A stretch of 64,000 bases of DNA from Anthoceros angustus. Lineage: Eukaryota; Plantae; Anthocerotophyta. The notes under the pieces were generated by a model that did not search any database, was not told where the DNA came from, and saw only the letters and a list, made by a program, of their open reading frames with translations. This document shows, one piece after another, positions 13,483-26,068 of the stretch. The stretch lies in the NCBI GenBank assembly GCA_010909165.1, contig MU008177.1, forward strand, positions 558,001 to 622,000. Direction: 5' to 3'. Position 1 is the first letter of the stretch. Each line of letters begins with the position of its first letter. The translations under genes were made by a program, and so were the position numbers.

Positions 13483-14492
13483 ATGATGGCGAAATGTGTT
13501 TTCCTACTCATGTTGCTTTTACTATAGCTAGTGCAACATGCGTAATGTCTAGAGAGTTGGTCACACAAGATGTCCCTCTTGGAAGTGCTTATAATTTGTC
13601 TTCTCAAGTTGCGATTTGACTAGCACATTCGAGGATTGGATACTAGAACATGGACGAGTTTATGAAGGACTTGAAGAGAAGTTGCTTCGCTTTGAAATCT
13701 TCAAGGAAACATACGAGTATATTGAGAAGCGCAATAAGGAGGTTACGCTTACGCTGGGTTTGAACCAATTTTCGATTTGATGATGAAGAATTCAAGACCA
13801 ACTTTTCATCATGAAAGTTCCAAGTTTCAATAGGAGCAATTGCGCCTAGTTCTTCTAGGATTAGTGCTAAACAAATTGAAGATCCGCCTGCTTCCTTTGA
13901 TTGAGAGCCCAAATATAATTGGAGCAAGAAGAATCAAGGTACATGCGGTTGTTGTTGGGCTTTTGTTGCAACAGGACTTGCGTAAACTCAACATGTGACG
14001 CTGGATGGTCTCCCTATCGAGCAAGAGCTTTTGGAGTGCAATACCTTTGGAGCGACAGCGACGTGCACTTGTAGAAGAAGTCATTACATGGTTGGTTACT
14101 AACGTTCTTGAAACAGATTATCCATATACAAAGGAATATGTCAAAATAATAAGGTTGGTCTCGAACCTATTGTACCGATTCGCAACTATACGGCTTTACG
14201 CATTTGATGCATGCATTAGCTCAAGAAGTATCCGTCCATCCTGGGGTTGCAATAGTGTAGTGGTTCTGATTTTAAGAGTTATAAAGTGGGTCTTCTTTGG
14301 TGGAAATTGTGGTCCAGTGTTAGATCATGCCGTGGTAGTTATTGGATGGGGTCCAAAGTAACATTGACCTGGATATTGCGCAACCAATGGGGTACAAGTT
14401 GGGGTGAAGCTTACGCGTGCAGCACAGTAGCAAGTATACAGGAGGGTGTATGTGGTATGTACACGATATGGGATATCTCAGATACCATATAG
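13483..14492 (+). pseudogene. Papain-like cysteine protease, copy 5, frameshifted as assembled
   Basis: ORF track: GNCGPVLDHAVVVIGWG; WILRNQWGTSWGEAY...GVCGMY. Confidence 0.9.
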
Positions 14493-16500
14493 AACACTAG
14501 AATTTTAAGTTGTCATAGTTTGTAATACTCATTTGGGTAATTTATTAATGTGAGAATTTGATTTCACAACTAAGTTATAATTTGTAATGCTCATTTGAGT
14601 ATATTTCTATCAACGTGAACGTTGTATTTCACAATGAAACAGATGATATATAAATCTCTCCCGCATAGTTGACCAAATCTTAACTCTCGACCTTTGTATT
14701 AATCTTCTCGACTTTGTATTAATCTTATCGCATCGTATGGATGCATGGTATTTCGGCCCATGATGATCATCCTCGCAAATGGACTTTGGAAAACTTTTCT
14801 ATCTTATTTGTATAAGCTCCTTCTATTTTCATCTTCCTTGGTCCCTAGTAAAACTTTTCTATCTTATGTATAAGCTCCTTCTATTTTCATCTTCCTTTGT
14901 CGCTAGGTTCTATATCTCTTTTTCTAAATATTCTATATCTTGTACGCACTTAGAAAGTCGTGATTTAATAAAATTCTTCTTCTTCTATTTGCAAGCTCCT
15001 TTGTCGTTGTTATGATCTCTCTCTCTCTATTTTATCTTGTATATATATACATGGACAAGGTAATTCAATATCCTTTCCACCCATCCCGCAGTGCACTTGC
15101 AAACCCTAGAGCTATTAGACTTCCGTAAACCCTAATAAACGGCAAAATCGAAAGATTCCCGCTTACTTAAGAGTACACAGAAATCCCAACGATGGTAACC
15201 TTCCTGCAGCGTCCCGCCAAAGGAACCTTCTAGCAGCCACATCTCCGCAACGTTTTGTCTTGCTACACTCGAAGTTGGAGGACGATGATAGCGGTGGTCT
15301 GCACGGTGCATACATACAGGCCTTTGCGGGTAGTGGGTTACTATCAAGCCATGGTCCAAGATCTAGACTAATTTGCGGTGCAAGATATGAGCTATCTGTA
15401 AGTCCTCACATTTCAGGCAAGCTTGCTAGCATCTTGTCAAGTGTTAACCTGAGTTAGTAAACTTTTTCTAATTTAATAACTTAAATAACTAAATTATGAA
15501 GTATTTGGGATAAGAGACACAGTGGACATGACATTGTGTTTCAAAGGGTTGTGTGAATGGGGAAAAGAAGTGATTGGGGAAAAGAAGTCACGAGACTCTG
15601 TCCCTTTGCTCAATGCGGAGCTTCCTAGCTCGAAAGGTGTACTTGTGAGACTGTGTCTTGCTGGCATTGCTGGCATTGTGGATATGACTAGTGCAGAAAT
15701 TCTTGAGTTACGTTTGTAAATGTGTGGCTATGCGTGGCATGAGGCTAAGAATCAAGACTAACTCTAGTCTGTCTAGAGGGACTGCTTCTGGTTCTATTAG
15801 CTTCCTATTATATTGACTTTAATCACATGTGTGCAACATGCTTCTGTGTTGCCTCAGATGTGTTACTACCATTGCCCGCAGCTACTATGTGATGCATCAA
15901 CCGTTGTGTCTGCACACAAGATGGCCTCTCGTTTATATAGGATATACCGTTACCAGAGATGGCTAGTAGCGAGGCTTCTAATTTTGTTCGGAAGATTGGA
16001 TGCACTTCCGACGTCGAGTCCTAGTTGGAAGATTTTAGAGCCCCTTTCCATGTACACTAAAACTAACTCGTTTTGAATATTTCTATATACCGAAAAGAAA
16101 TATACGCATAATTGTGTTCCCCAATGAAAAGGGCTCTTGGTTGGTTTCGCGTGTGCACGAGACACCGGTGCCACACATCAGCGTTTTATCAGGTTTTTCT
16201 TGGCACGACAATCCTCTCTCATGTGTAAGATTGTTAAAAAGGTACGTAAAAAGGATACATGTATATAGCAATTTAGGTGCAGAGTGCACATAGCTGATCG
16301 ACCTGTCACCATCGTGAGAGCTTGCACGCAGACGACAATGCTCGATTTGGCATCACATGCTCCACGCGCACATGACGGTGTCAGATTGAAACGGACATTC
16401 CCCAGTTCAGGTGCAGGATTGCCCTCTCCCACCTCCCTCTCCACACTCTGATGCTTTTGCAGCACGAAGCTCCAGTGCCGATTGCAACAGGCAGCCCTCG

Positions 16501-16927
16501 ATGTCTGTCGCACTAGCCATGGCGATCCTGGTGTCGGCCATGTTCAAGGCCAGCAACCAGCAGACGCAGGCAGGCTTAGGGACGCCCTTCTCGCCGGCGG
16601 TGGATTGCAAGGCCGCACTGGCGCAGATGCAGCCGTGTCTTCCGAGCGTGCTTGTCGGCGGCTTCTGGAACCCGCCCGATCCCCTTCCGGGCTGCTGCCA
16701 GGCGGTTGAGACCATCGACCCGGCCTGCATCTGCTCTCTCGAGGATCCTGAAATGCCGGTCCCTGGATTGAACCGCACGGCCCTGCTCGAGTTGCCGCAA
16801 AAGTGTGGATTTGTGGGAGTTCCTCCCGGCGCCTCCTGCGGCGGTGAGTAGCTCAGAGCGTTCTTTGTTTTGGAAGTAGGGCAATTTATAAAGACTGAAG
16901 TATTGCTTGCCTGCAGGCGGAGCTTGA
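16501..16927 (+). CDS. Non-specific lipid transfer protein (AAI/LTP, 8-Cys motif), two exons (16501-16843, 16917-16927)
   Basis: Signal peptide MSVALAMAILVSAMF, then C-x9-C...CC...CIC...C...C pattern. Intron gtgagt...ctgcag at 16844-16916. Confidence 0.85.
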
Positions 16928-18370
16928 AGATCCAGCCACAGATCAATGAAGAAAGAAGAGTTCGAGGTGCTGTGGGGTGCTATCCAATTGTACGCCCGCC
17001 GGCTACGTATTACCTGCGCTGGTAGATCAAAAGTTGTGTCCATTGTCTTCAATTATGTCACACTCCAGCTGTTCTGAGACAGCTATCGGCTAGACTAAGA
17101 ATCCAAGCACCCATGTACATGATTTTGTAAACCGACTCACATGTTTTCTGCCCCAAGGTGGACAATTCCGATTACGCACTGCAATAACCTTCTTCAGGGC
17201 AGCCTTACATATACCCTCCGGCCTATACAGGAGCTTCAGGAGTAAGGGACAGTAAAGGAATCTCTCAGATGGCTCAATATCTTCCGGAATGAGCCGTGAC
17301 CACCAGACCCTGTAGTTACCGTGCGACCTTCTGGGGATGTAGCAGATCTGCTCCGCCTGTAAAACCTGTGCCGATGTTCGTCATGGCGTCCGGACCCTGT
17401 CATCCCAAAGAGCAATCAAAATCTGGTCGCTTTAAACCATGTTAAGTCGGAACATGTGAGCGTGAACAAAGGTATACCTGGCGGGGAAGGAGATTCCGAA
17501 GTAGTGTCGGCACCAAATGAACCCACAGGCTCATTGGTATCCACCTTCAGATCTGCAAGATAGGAAAGCACAAATCAGTTGAAATACGCACAACTAGACC
17601 AAAAAGCGCATAGCTTGAGCCACAAGTCCTAAAAGAAAAAGCGGCAAATTAGTTGCGCAACAAGTATTAAGAAACCAGAATCAAGCAATGGGACAGAATA
17701 ATAGCAGACATGCACTAACTTCGTTACTTGACCACTAGTACGTCTACAGTTCTCAGATTCGTCCAGTTAAGGCATTGTACAGACACTGTACAGGAACCTA
17801 AGAGATATCCCCAACTACCATGACTAGAGACTACTAATAGGATTCAAGACACAGGGTAGTTAGAGACCTCACATGATCATGAGAACTTGTCAAACCCTCC
17901 AATTCGGGTGGTTGGAGACCTCACATGATCATGAGAACTTGTCCTGGCTGGTCAAACAAGACACTCCCATCCCCAGGTTACGAAACAAACAGAGAAAGAA
18001 CAAGGAAATGTGTCAGCAGCAGCGAGTTAGCAACATGCAAACATACATATGAACTAAAGTTAAGAGATGAAGGACAGAGGATCCACAAAAGTGAAGTTAA
18101 CTATTCATTCGTCTCGAAAAATTGGACAAAACCAACCAGTACAGCGAATAGCACTACAGGCTGCAGATCCAGAGGGCTCCCTGCCCTCCGGAGCGATTCT
18201 AATCTAGACCCGAAATCCATTGTACGTATAACTGCCATCCTCGGAAGCGGATAAAGCCGTCGAATCTATCTACATAAAGGGGCGCAGGACTACATGGCAG
18301 CTTCCCGTGTGAAAATTTTACCGCCCGGCCTATCCTACCTCAAACGCGGCTATAACGTTTTCTTCATCAC

Positions 18371-18868
18371 TCAAGCTCCAGGTGCTACTTCCTGCGTCTT
18401 GTGCTGCAGCAAACCTGTGACATTGGAACCATACTCACGGGCTCTCTCCTTCACATGAGCAGCAGTCTCGGACAGACGATTCCTAGCAGCTTCCACCTGA
18501 TCCGAACCTGGCGGGTGACGGCCCTTGACGTAGTTGTACAGCCATGACACTCCCGAGAAGGCCGCCACCGCGGTGCCCGCGGCCACCAAGAAACCTCCGA
18601 CCGTGAAAAACAAGATCGTCGCGAGCGGGACGAGCACCGGGCTGAAAAAGATGAGCACCGGCGTCAATGCGATCAGCCCCAGGATCGTCCCCCCGACCGT
18701 CAGTCCTCCCAGCACCAGCACGACCGCTCCCACCGCCAGCAGCGCGAACAGTCCCAGCACCTGCCGAGTCGTAGGCGCGCGCTCCTGGATCGTGTGAAAC
18801 ACATTCTGCGCCTTGTCCGCCCCTTCGTGCATCTTCTCCCGAGGACGCTCAACCAGCCGGTCTCCCAT
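18371..18868 (-). CDS. Oleosin
   Basis: Long hydrophobic hairpin with the proline knot PVLIFFSPVLVP (PX5SPX3P) and WLYNYVKGRHPPGSDQVE C-terminal segment. ATG at 18868. Confidence 0.95.
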   Translation of the reverse strand: MGDRLVERPREKMHEGADKAQNVFHTIQERAPTTRQVLGLFALLAVGAVVLVLGGLTVGGTILGLIALTPVLIFFSPVLVPLATILFFTVGGFLVAAGTAVAAFSGVSWLYNYVKGRHPPGSDQVEAARNRLSETAAHVKERAREYGSNVTGLLQHKTQEVAPGA

Positions 18869-19224
18869 CTTGCGAGCTTCTGCGCTTTGTCCAATCACAC
18901 ACTCCAACACCTGCTGCAACCGAGCATCCAAATCAAGCAGAATTCTACAGGAATTTCGCAGGCTTGTCAAATCACACACTCGCAAACCTGCTGCAACCGA
19001 TCATCCAGACAAAAAGAACGTTCCTTCTACAAGGAAATCCACGCAGACAGAAATCTACCCTAGCTGATCAAGCAAATTCCTGCGGCTATGAATCGGCACC
19101 AGGAGGTGATCAACCTGCTGTTTGGAGCAAAACAATGTAGCGCTTGTGGAGGCGGAAAACTGCTCAGTGCAGTGCAGTGCAGAGGCGACGTCCGCAGCGA
19201 GATTGCTAGCTTACCTCTGACGCG

Positions 19225-19359
19225 TATTAATAAGCGACGACGCAAGCACGTAACACGGCACAGCGATGGAAAACGCCTGGCCCGCGCTGAATTAAAGGGC
19301 TGGGAACGGTGGTAGACGTGTCGCGCAGGCGGAACCCCGCCGTTGCATGCGCACATGCA
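19225..19359 (-). promoter_or_regulatory. Putative oleosin promoter: TATA-like box, ABRE/ACGT boxes and two RY elements
   Basis: tattaataa 19225-19233; cacgta 19247-19252; acgtgtc 19316-19322; tgcatg 19344-19349 and catgca 19354-19359. Confidence 0.55.
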
Positions 19360-21288
19360 GACTGCTTGCTCGTGCTCCTGTTGCGCCCCACACTCCCGTT
19401 TCGCCTCCCAAACGGCGTGCTGGCGCAACGGAACTCCCATTACCGCCGCACGCTCTGATAATCACTTCCCCATCAGGAATATTTGTCACGGATACGCTCC
19501 CCCAGCTGGCCCGCCCCTCACCGTCGGCCTCACATGCCATCTTCGGACGCTCCGCCAACCCCTCCCCCCCGTTGCATTTGCACCCGTTTCCTGTCCCCAT
19601 TGCACCCCGGGATTTGCCTCGGCCGCGGCTGCCCTACGCGCTTTGCTTTTTAGGGTTTCCCCTCCATAACTTCTACTCGGGCCATATTGCTGTGGCAGTA
19701 GTATGCACCTCGAGCGCTCCCCCTCCGTCTTGTCTTTGTTGCTGCGGCGGCACCAGTGTCTGCAGCGGCGATGGTCCTTGCGACGTTGTCCCTCTGCCGA
19801 CGTTTCCTGCCAATCTGGGTGCTTGCCTCTGTCTGTGTGCGTTTGTGAGGGTTTGTGGGTGAGGAGCCCTTGCAGCGCACTTAGGGAGTGACGAAGCTGA
19901 TTTCAGCAGTTATCCCTGTCTGAATAATGATGTGGACTGATCATCATTCATCTGACTCTGCTGTTGCTTATGCGGTGTTGCTGCTACGGTCAGGCTTGCT
20001 TGTCCACGGTTACTAGCAGCTGAGTCGAGGGTGATGAAGATCAAGTTATCAGTTATCCCTGTCTGAACAATACTGTGGACGACAATTACTACGGTTCTGA
20101 CTCGACCTGTGCTTGCTCCGTGGCTTGTCAGTATTTGGATGTTCTTGAGTCCGCCTGGTCCGCTGTTGTCGATCTCCGGAAGGCCAATGATGTTAAAACT
20201 TGACAAGCATAAAGCTGAGCTATTTCCAGCGGTGCGGAATCCTCATAGACTAGGACGAGCTGAGGCCTTCCGGTGTTCATCTGTGCTTGCTTATGTCTGC
20301 TGTGACGTTTCTGTTAGGGTTAGGGTTAGCCGTGTGTGAGGAAGTTTGGTGTTAAAGAGGAACGACGGCTAGTGATGCTGATATCATGACAAGCATATAC
20401 CTGAGCTGTTTGTTTAGCTGTGCTGACCCCTAGTGAGGATTACTGAGGCCTCGTCGTGTACCTCTACTGGATTATGTAACTTAGGTCAGTGGCGTCCCTG
20501 CTGGTGAGAGATGACTGCATAGTTCAGCTGAGCAGCAAAACATCTGCGCTGAAGAACATGAGCCATAAGTCTTTCGCTCCTATCTGACACCAGCCGCGTT
20601 GCCGTGTTTTGGCGTGTGAGAAGTTGTGGTCTCGTCTCTATCTGTCGCTTTGCATGATGTGAAGGATTTGCGGCAGCCCCGAAGTAAGGTAGTCAGGTTA
20701 CACCGTAGTAAGCTGGCTAACGCACACTGGTGTTCCTGGTCCGCTGATCGTCACCACCGTGTCGTCTGGCTCTTCCGTCGTCAGATCGCATCACAGCGAT
20801 GTGGGTTGTCTATCGTCTCACGATCTGTATTGTTGCACCTGCTCCGCACATCGTATTATGACTTCATGCATCTTCCAAAAGTAAATCTCTAGAAAAGCCA
20901 CGCCTCTAGAGAATGAAGATGGTATACACAAGAAATAAAAAAAATGAACGAGGTAAGAGTGGAAACACAGAGTTGTTGATTCCAGGCTCGTGTATTTGCA
21001 CATGCTCGTACATCCCACAAATCGGCACCTATCAAAGAAATCTGCATATTTGCGGAATCAACAAAGTCGAAGGGGATCTTAAGCCCGCTGCCCATCGGAC
21101 ACAGCCCAAAGCCTAAAACATCAAAGACCGAGACGTTTTTAGAGAGAACCTAGATACTCTATTCCGCCCTACCCGATGGGAGCAAGCGTTTGCACGCCAT
21201 CCCGAAGCTTTCAATCGCGGCAACGAAGCAAGAAAGGTGGGAGGATCTGAAGCGAGCAGGAACGTGTTGCTGCGCAAGGAACAGCGTG

Positions 21289-23013
21289 ATGGAGGTGGAG
21301 ATGCGGCAGGCAGAGCTGGTGGAGCAGTTCCTGGTCCTGGCCAAGAGCGCGCGGGGCAGAGCAGCCGCGGAGCTCATCATGCACGCCACCTCGGATCCAT
21401 CGCTCTATGCTTTCTCTGAGCTCCTGTCTGTGCCGCACATTGAGGAGGTTCGAAATTTCGGGTCTTTCTCTGCACAGCAATGCTGTGCTTGTGCTGCGTG
21501 TTCTTACATTTCTGCTGCAATTGCAGTTGCATGGAACGGAGCAGTCCAGCTACCTAGATCTTCTGCGGCTTTTCGCACACGGGACCTGGACGGATTACAA
21601 GAGTAAATTTGCCGTCCGGCCTTTCCAGGGATTTTTATGTAGGGGATGTTGTGGCTTCCGAGGACTTCTGGATTAGGGTACTGAGGTAGGGCGTGCCCTG
21701 CAGATAATGCGCGTCACCTTCCGGAATTGCAACCTCAGCAGAAACTGAAGCTCAAGCAGCTGACTGTGATGACGTTGGCTGAGACGTCCAAGGTGCGAAT
21801 TTGCTTACTCGCTTGCGAGATTTTTTGACTGGGCTGTGTTGAGCGCTGGCTCGTAAGGTGGAAGATGCAGCAGGGGTGGTTTGATGTCACAGAAGAGAGG
21901 GGGTGTATCCCTGGTTTTGGAGTTTGCTGGCTTGTAGGGAAAGTTGGAGTAATTGTTATCTGCCTGCTGGACAGGTTCGTATGATGATAATGAATGGGGT
22001 TTGAACAGGTGCTGCCTTACGATCTACTCATGCAACAACTAGATGTGTCAAATGTCCGCGAGCTTGAGGATCTTCTTATCAATGACTGCATGTATGCGGT
22101 AAGTGTGCTTGCGTTTACCCAGGGCTCTTCTGTGAGCAGGCGTGACACTTGCTTGGTTGGTCTTCTGGTTCTCCTACAGGGTATTGTGAGAGGCAAGCTG
22201 GACCAACGGCGCAGGTGTTTTGAGGCAAGTAGGAGCGTCTGATAGCAGTATTAGAATTGGGTTTGTCATTTTGTGGTTTCAGTTTATGCGAAGGTTTGGT
22301 TGTAGTATCTTACTCTTGGTACATGATATCCTTGTAAGCAGGTACAATTTGCTGCTGGTAGGGACTTGAGACCAGGTCAACTTGATAACATGATACATAC
22401 TCTCACTGATTGGTAAGTATGTGAAGTAGCATTGCCAGATCTCGAAGGATGCCCCGGTCCTGGTCTGGATGCTTTCTTACCACCTTTGGGTTTTATTGTT
22501 GCAGGCTGGGGAATTCCGAAACACTTTTACATACCATTCAAGAAAAGATCAGGTGGGCTGACAGCATGAGCGAGGTCGATAGAAGGCACAAGAAGGAAGT
22601 AGAAGAGAAGGCAGAGGAGATCAGAAAGTCTCTCAAGGTTGGTAACGAATCCTCTCTGTTGATGCTTAGTGTCTGTCTTGCTCGTAGCATGGGAAAATCA
22701 TGTGATATTCCCATCCAGCTGCAGTTACATTAGTTGAAGGAGATTACACATGGTCGATGTACTTTCTCACTTCTTGGCAGAAGCTTTTGTACACGGTCGT
22801 GTAAAGCAGGCAGAGGACAATTTGCGTGGGCAGCAAGACCCTGTCTACTCGGAAGCAGGGCCACTGGTGATGGATTGTGTGGAAGAGGATCGGAGCAGAC
22901 AAAAAAGGTGCAGGGCCCAGTATGTTCCCGTCACTGGTGCACAAATTTCAGTCTTGCTCAATGAGCGTGCTGAATAGCTCACCGGGCTATTTGTTGTGTG
23001 CAGAAGGCGCTAG
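21289..23013 (+). CDS. CSN7: COP9 signalosome subunit 7 (PCI domain), about 9 exons
   Basis: Spliced: EQFLVLAKSARGRAAAELIMHATSDPSLYAFSELL; LLRLFAHGTWTDYK; KLKLKQLTVMTLAE; VLPYDLLMQQLDVSNVRELEDLLINDCMYA|GIVRGKLDQRRRCFE|VQFAAGRDLRPGQL. Final exon ends ...RRR-TAG at 23013. Confidence 0.92.
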
Positions 23014-24442
23014 AAACCACGATCTAGGGGGCTAGGCTTTTTTTGGCTGTAGTGCTTGCATTCGCGAGGCGAGGAAGCCAATTTCGGTAGTTCTAATACA
23101 AGTTTTGTCGCTACTTTTTAGACACAGGCTATAGTGATGGCCTTCTGCTGTCAAAGCTAGCATCTCCAATTCGGCTTCTGAACAAATTGATCGCTAATTC
23201 TTTCAGTGTTGGAGTCCTCATGCCTGCACCTTGAATGCGGCACTTTTAAAGCACGTAGATTTCATCCTGCCGCAACAAATGTAATTTCTATTCGAACTAT
23301 TGTCGTCGATTTTGGGTCGTCGAGGAAGATCTGAAATCCTTTCAGGAGAATGATTCTTATCGTGATTTTTCAGGGGAATGTTTCAACCTGAATGTTCCTT
23401 GGCACCCCTTACGGGGGAATGTTTCAACCTGAATGTCTCTTGGCGCCAATCCTCATCAGACCCAAGAGCGATTGACCGGGACACGGCGAAGTTCCTTCCC
23501 TTGTCCGGGACATGGTACTTGTGGAAAGTGTGCGAATGTGTAACTGCACAAAATACATATCTACATATGTAGGTACCAAGAAGCATCCAGAACTTTGCTC
23601 GCTCAGTTGTGAAACAACTTGAAACATCGGAACGAAAGCCTCCTAACCGCGTCTCCCCACCCCCTTGACGCAGCAAACCATTGAAAACGGATGACCTAGA
23701 GCTCATTTCGAAGTTGCTTTTCCGGCTACGAGGCCCGGAGGTACCTACGGAAGTCACAACACATAGCCTGCTGGCTTCATTCCTGAGCTAAGCGTTTGTC
23801 CGTGGATAAAAGATGCAAACATGTCATACCGGGATAAGATCAGATACGTTCCTGGGCAACAACGACATCAGAGCATCATCTGGTTTGCCAGTACAGCGTT
23901 CACAGCAACGTCCCATAAGAGGCACACAAGGCAAACATTGTGGTTGCGCAGCGACGTATCCAATCGTGTCCCAGATTGACGGTGAGAGTATGAACAGATC
24001 GACCATCGACCCTTATTAACGCAAAGATACAAGAGTAACACAAGGATAACTAACCACTTTTGACCGGAGAGAGTGTTTGCTTGCATCCATCCCGGAGCCA
24101 AGAGCTAGCCGCAAGGGGGCAAAAACCTGCAATCGCCACGGGCGGGCTTCTTGGAGGAAACCCTAGCTACAGTGTACTGTACTCACATGCGTTCAGGGAA
24201 CATAAGTAGACACATAGACATAGTGAAAGTGAGACGTGAAACGTGAAACTCGATTGGCTGAAAACTTGGTCGTTTTTCATCCCCCATGCTACCTACTTGC
24301 ATGCTTCCTTCCTTGGTTGGACCTGCGACCGAGGTTTAATCTAATGGTACATCGCCAGTAAAGTCGTGTGTAGTTGTAGCGTGCGCTGGTGTGGAGAGGT
24401 AACGCAGCGGAGCGTGAAGGGTAGCGGAGCGAGGGTATGGTC

Positions 24443-26068
24443 ATGGGAACTTCCGGTTCAAAGTTAGAGAAAGTGCTTGGCGACCAATTTCCAGAGGGGG
24501 AGCGCTACTTCGGGCTGGAGAACTTCGGAAATACCTGCTACTGTAACAGCGTGCTGCAGGTTTTTTCTATTAGACGGGATCTGACTTTTGCAATCCCTCA
24601 CATCAGGGTATGCTGTGCCTGGTTAGACCCTGAGCACGTCCATCTTGTTTCCAGGCCCTGTATTTCTGTGTGCCTTTCCGGAATCAGCTACTGGAGTATT
24701 GTAATCGCTATAAAAACGTGGGTGAAGCAGAGGACAACCTCTTGATTTGCTTGTCTGACCTCTTCACGCAGGTTGTCTCTCGTGAGTCCCTCCCAGCCAG
24801 ATACTTGTCTGTTGCGCACGTGATTTCCGTAATTCATGCTCTCAGCCTGACTGTGAAATGGTTCTGCAGATAAATTCTCACAAGAAGAAGACTGGGGTGC
24901 TTTCGCCAAAACGCTTTGTGCAGAGGGTTAAGAAGCAAAATGAGCTGTTCCGCAGCTACATGCACCAGGTCTGTGATAAGCTCATTCGTATGAATTTGCC
25001 ATCTGGAGCTCGTTGCCGAAAACTTGTTCTGAGGCCTGCTCTCGTGGACAGGATGCTCATGAATTTCTGAATTTCCTCTTGAACGAGCTTGTCGACATTC
25101 TGGAAAAAGAGTCTAAAGCTTCCGAGAAGCTATCAAACGGTACATCTAACGGTCTGTCCAATGGCAACGAGCAGAAGTCGATGACATGGGTACATAAGAT
25201 ATTTCAGGTGTGCGACATCTGTCTTCCAATACTGGGCCATGTAGGGTGTGGACACAATTGATGTGGACGCTGGATATTGGGAGGCATGGTTGCAGGAAAA
25301 GCAGGAGCTTGTCGACGTTTTCCACTACTTGTAGATGTGTTATTTATTGCTTAACTTGGATGAAAATACATTGATTGCAGGGAATTTTGACAAATGAGAC
25401 GAGATGTTTGCGTTGTGAGACCATCACAGCCAGGGATGAAACATTTCTAGACTTGAGTCTGGACATTGAACAGAACAGTTCCATCACGAGCTGTCTACGG
25501 AATTTCAGCTCTACCGAGACCCTTAATGCTGAAGACAAGTTCTTTTGCGACAAGTGCTGTAGGTCTGGAAACAGAGTCCTATTAGCCCTTTATATGCATA
25601 TGGAAAGTCCTGATGAATTAATATTGTGGCTTGTGCAGTTTGCAGGAAGCACAGAAAAGAATGAAAATTAAATTTCCTCCCAAGATTCTCGCTCTGCATC
25701 TTAAACGCTTCAAGTATATCGAGCAGCTTGCGAGGTACAAAAAACTGTCGTACCGTGTTGTGTTTCCCTTGGAGCTGAAGCTGGTGAATACAACAGATGA
25801 CGCTCCCAATTCGGAGGCAGAGTACTCTTTGTTTGCCGTCGTTGTTCATGTTGGTAGCGGTCCTAATCATGGCCACTATGTCAGCCTTGTTAAGAGCCAC
25901 AACCACTGGCTGTTTTTTGATGACGACAACGTGGAGATGATTGACGAGACAGTAGTGCAGACATTTTTTGGATCTGCACAAGAGTACTCCAACAATACGG
26001 ATCACGGCTACATACTATTCTACGAGAGTGAAGAACAACATAGGCTGGGGAAGTCACATGTCTATTGA
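24443..26068 (+). CDS. Ubiquitin-specific protease UBP3/UBP4-like (USP12/46 family), 6 exons
   Basis: [10 protein letters not shown] (myristoylation-type start); Cys box [16 protein letters not shown]; [14 protein letters not shown]; KFFCDKC; LHLKRFKY; His box [16 protein letters not shown]; WLFFDD. Confidence 0.95.

Larger units (their letters stand above)
3758..15425 (+). repeat. Tandem array of about 2.5-kb units, each carrying a papain-like protease gene, with internal sub-duplications
   Basis: The marker tatatatgtgactaggcacattagag recurs at about 3758, 6245, 10320, 12818 and 13394. Near-identical downstream sequence includes a (ct)n microsatellite and aaaccctag/aaaccctaa telo-box-like motifs. 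Confidence 0.95.

Noticed and set aside
20314-20329. Interstitial telomere (ttagggttagggttag)
   Set aside because: Only about 2.5 units, which fits a telo-box or chance.
19343-20900. Protein-coding gene in the GC-rich ORFs between oleosin and CSN7
   Set aside because: Overlapping Cys/Pro/Arg-rich ORFs on both strands without domain motifs or a consistent exon chain. Possibly UTR or lncRNA, but unsupported.
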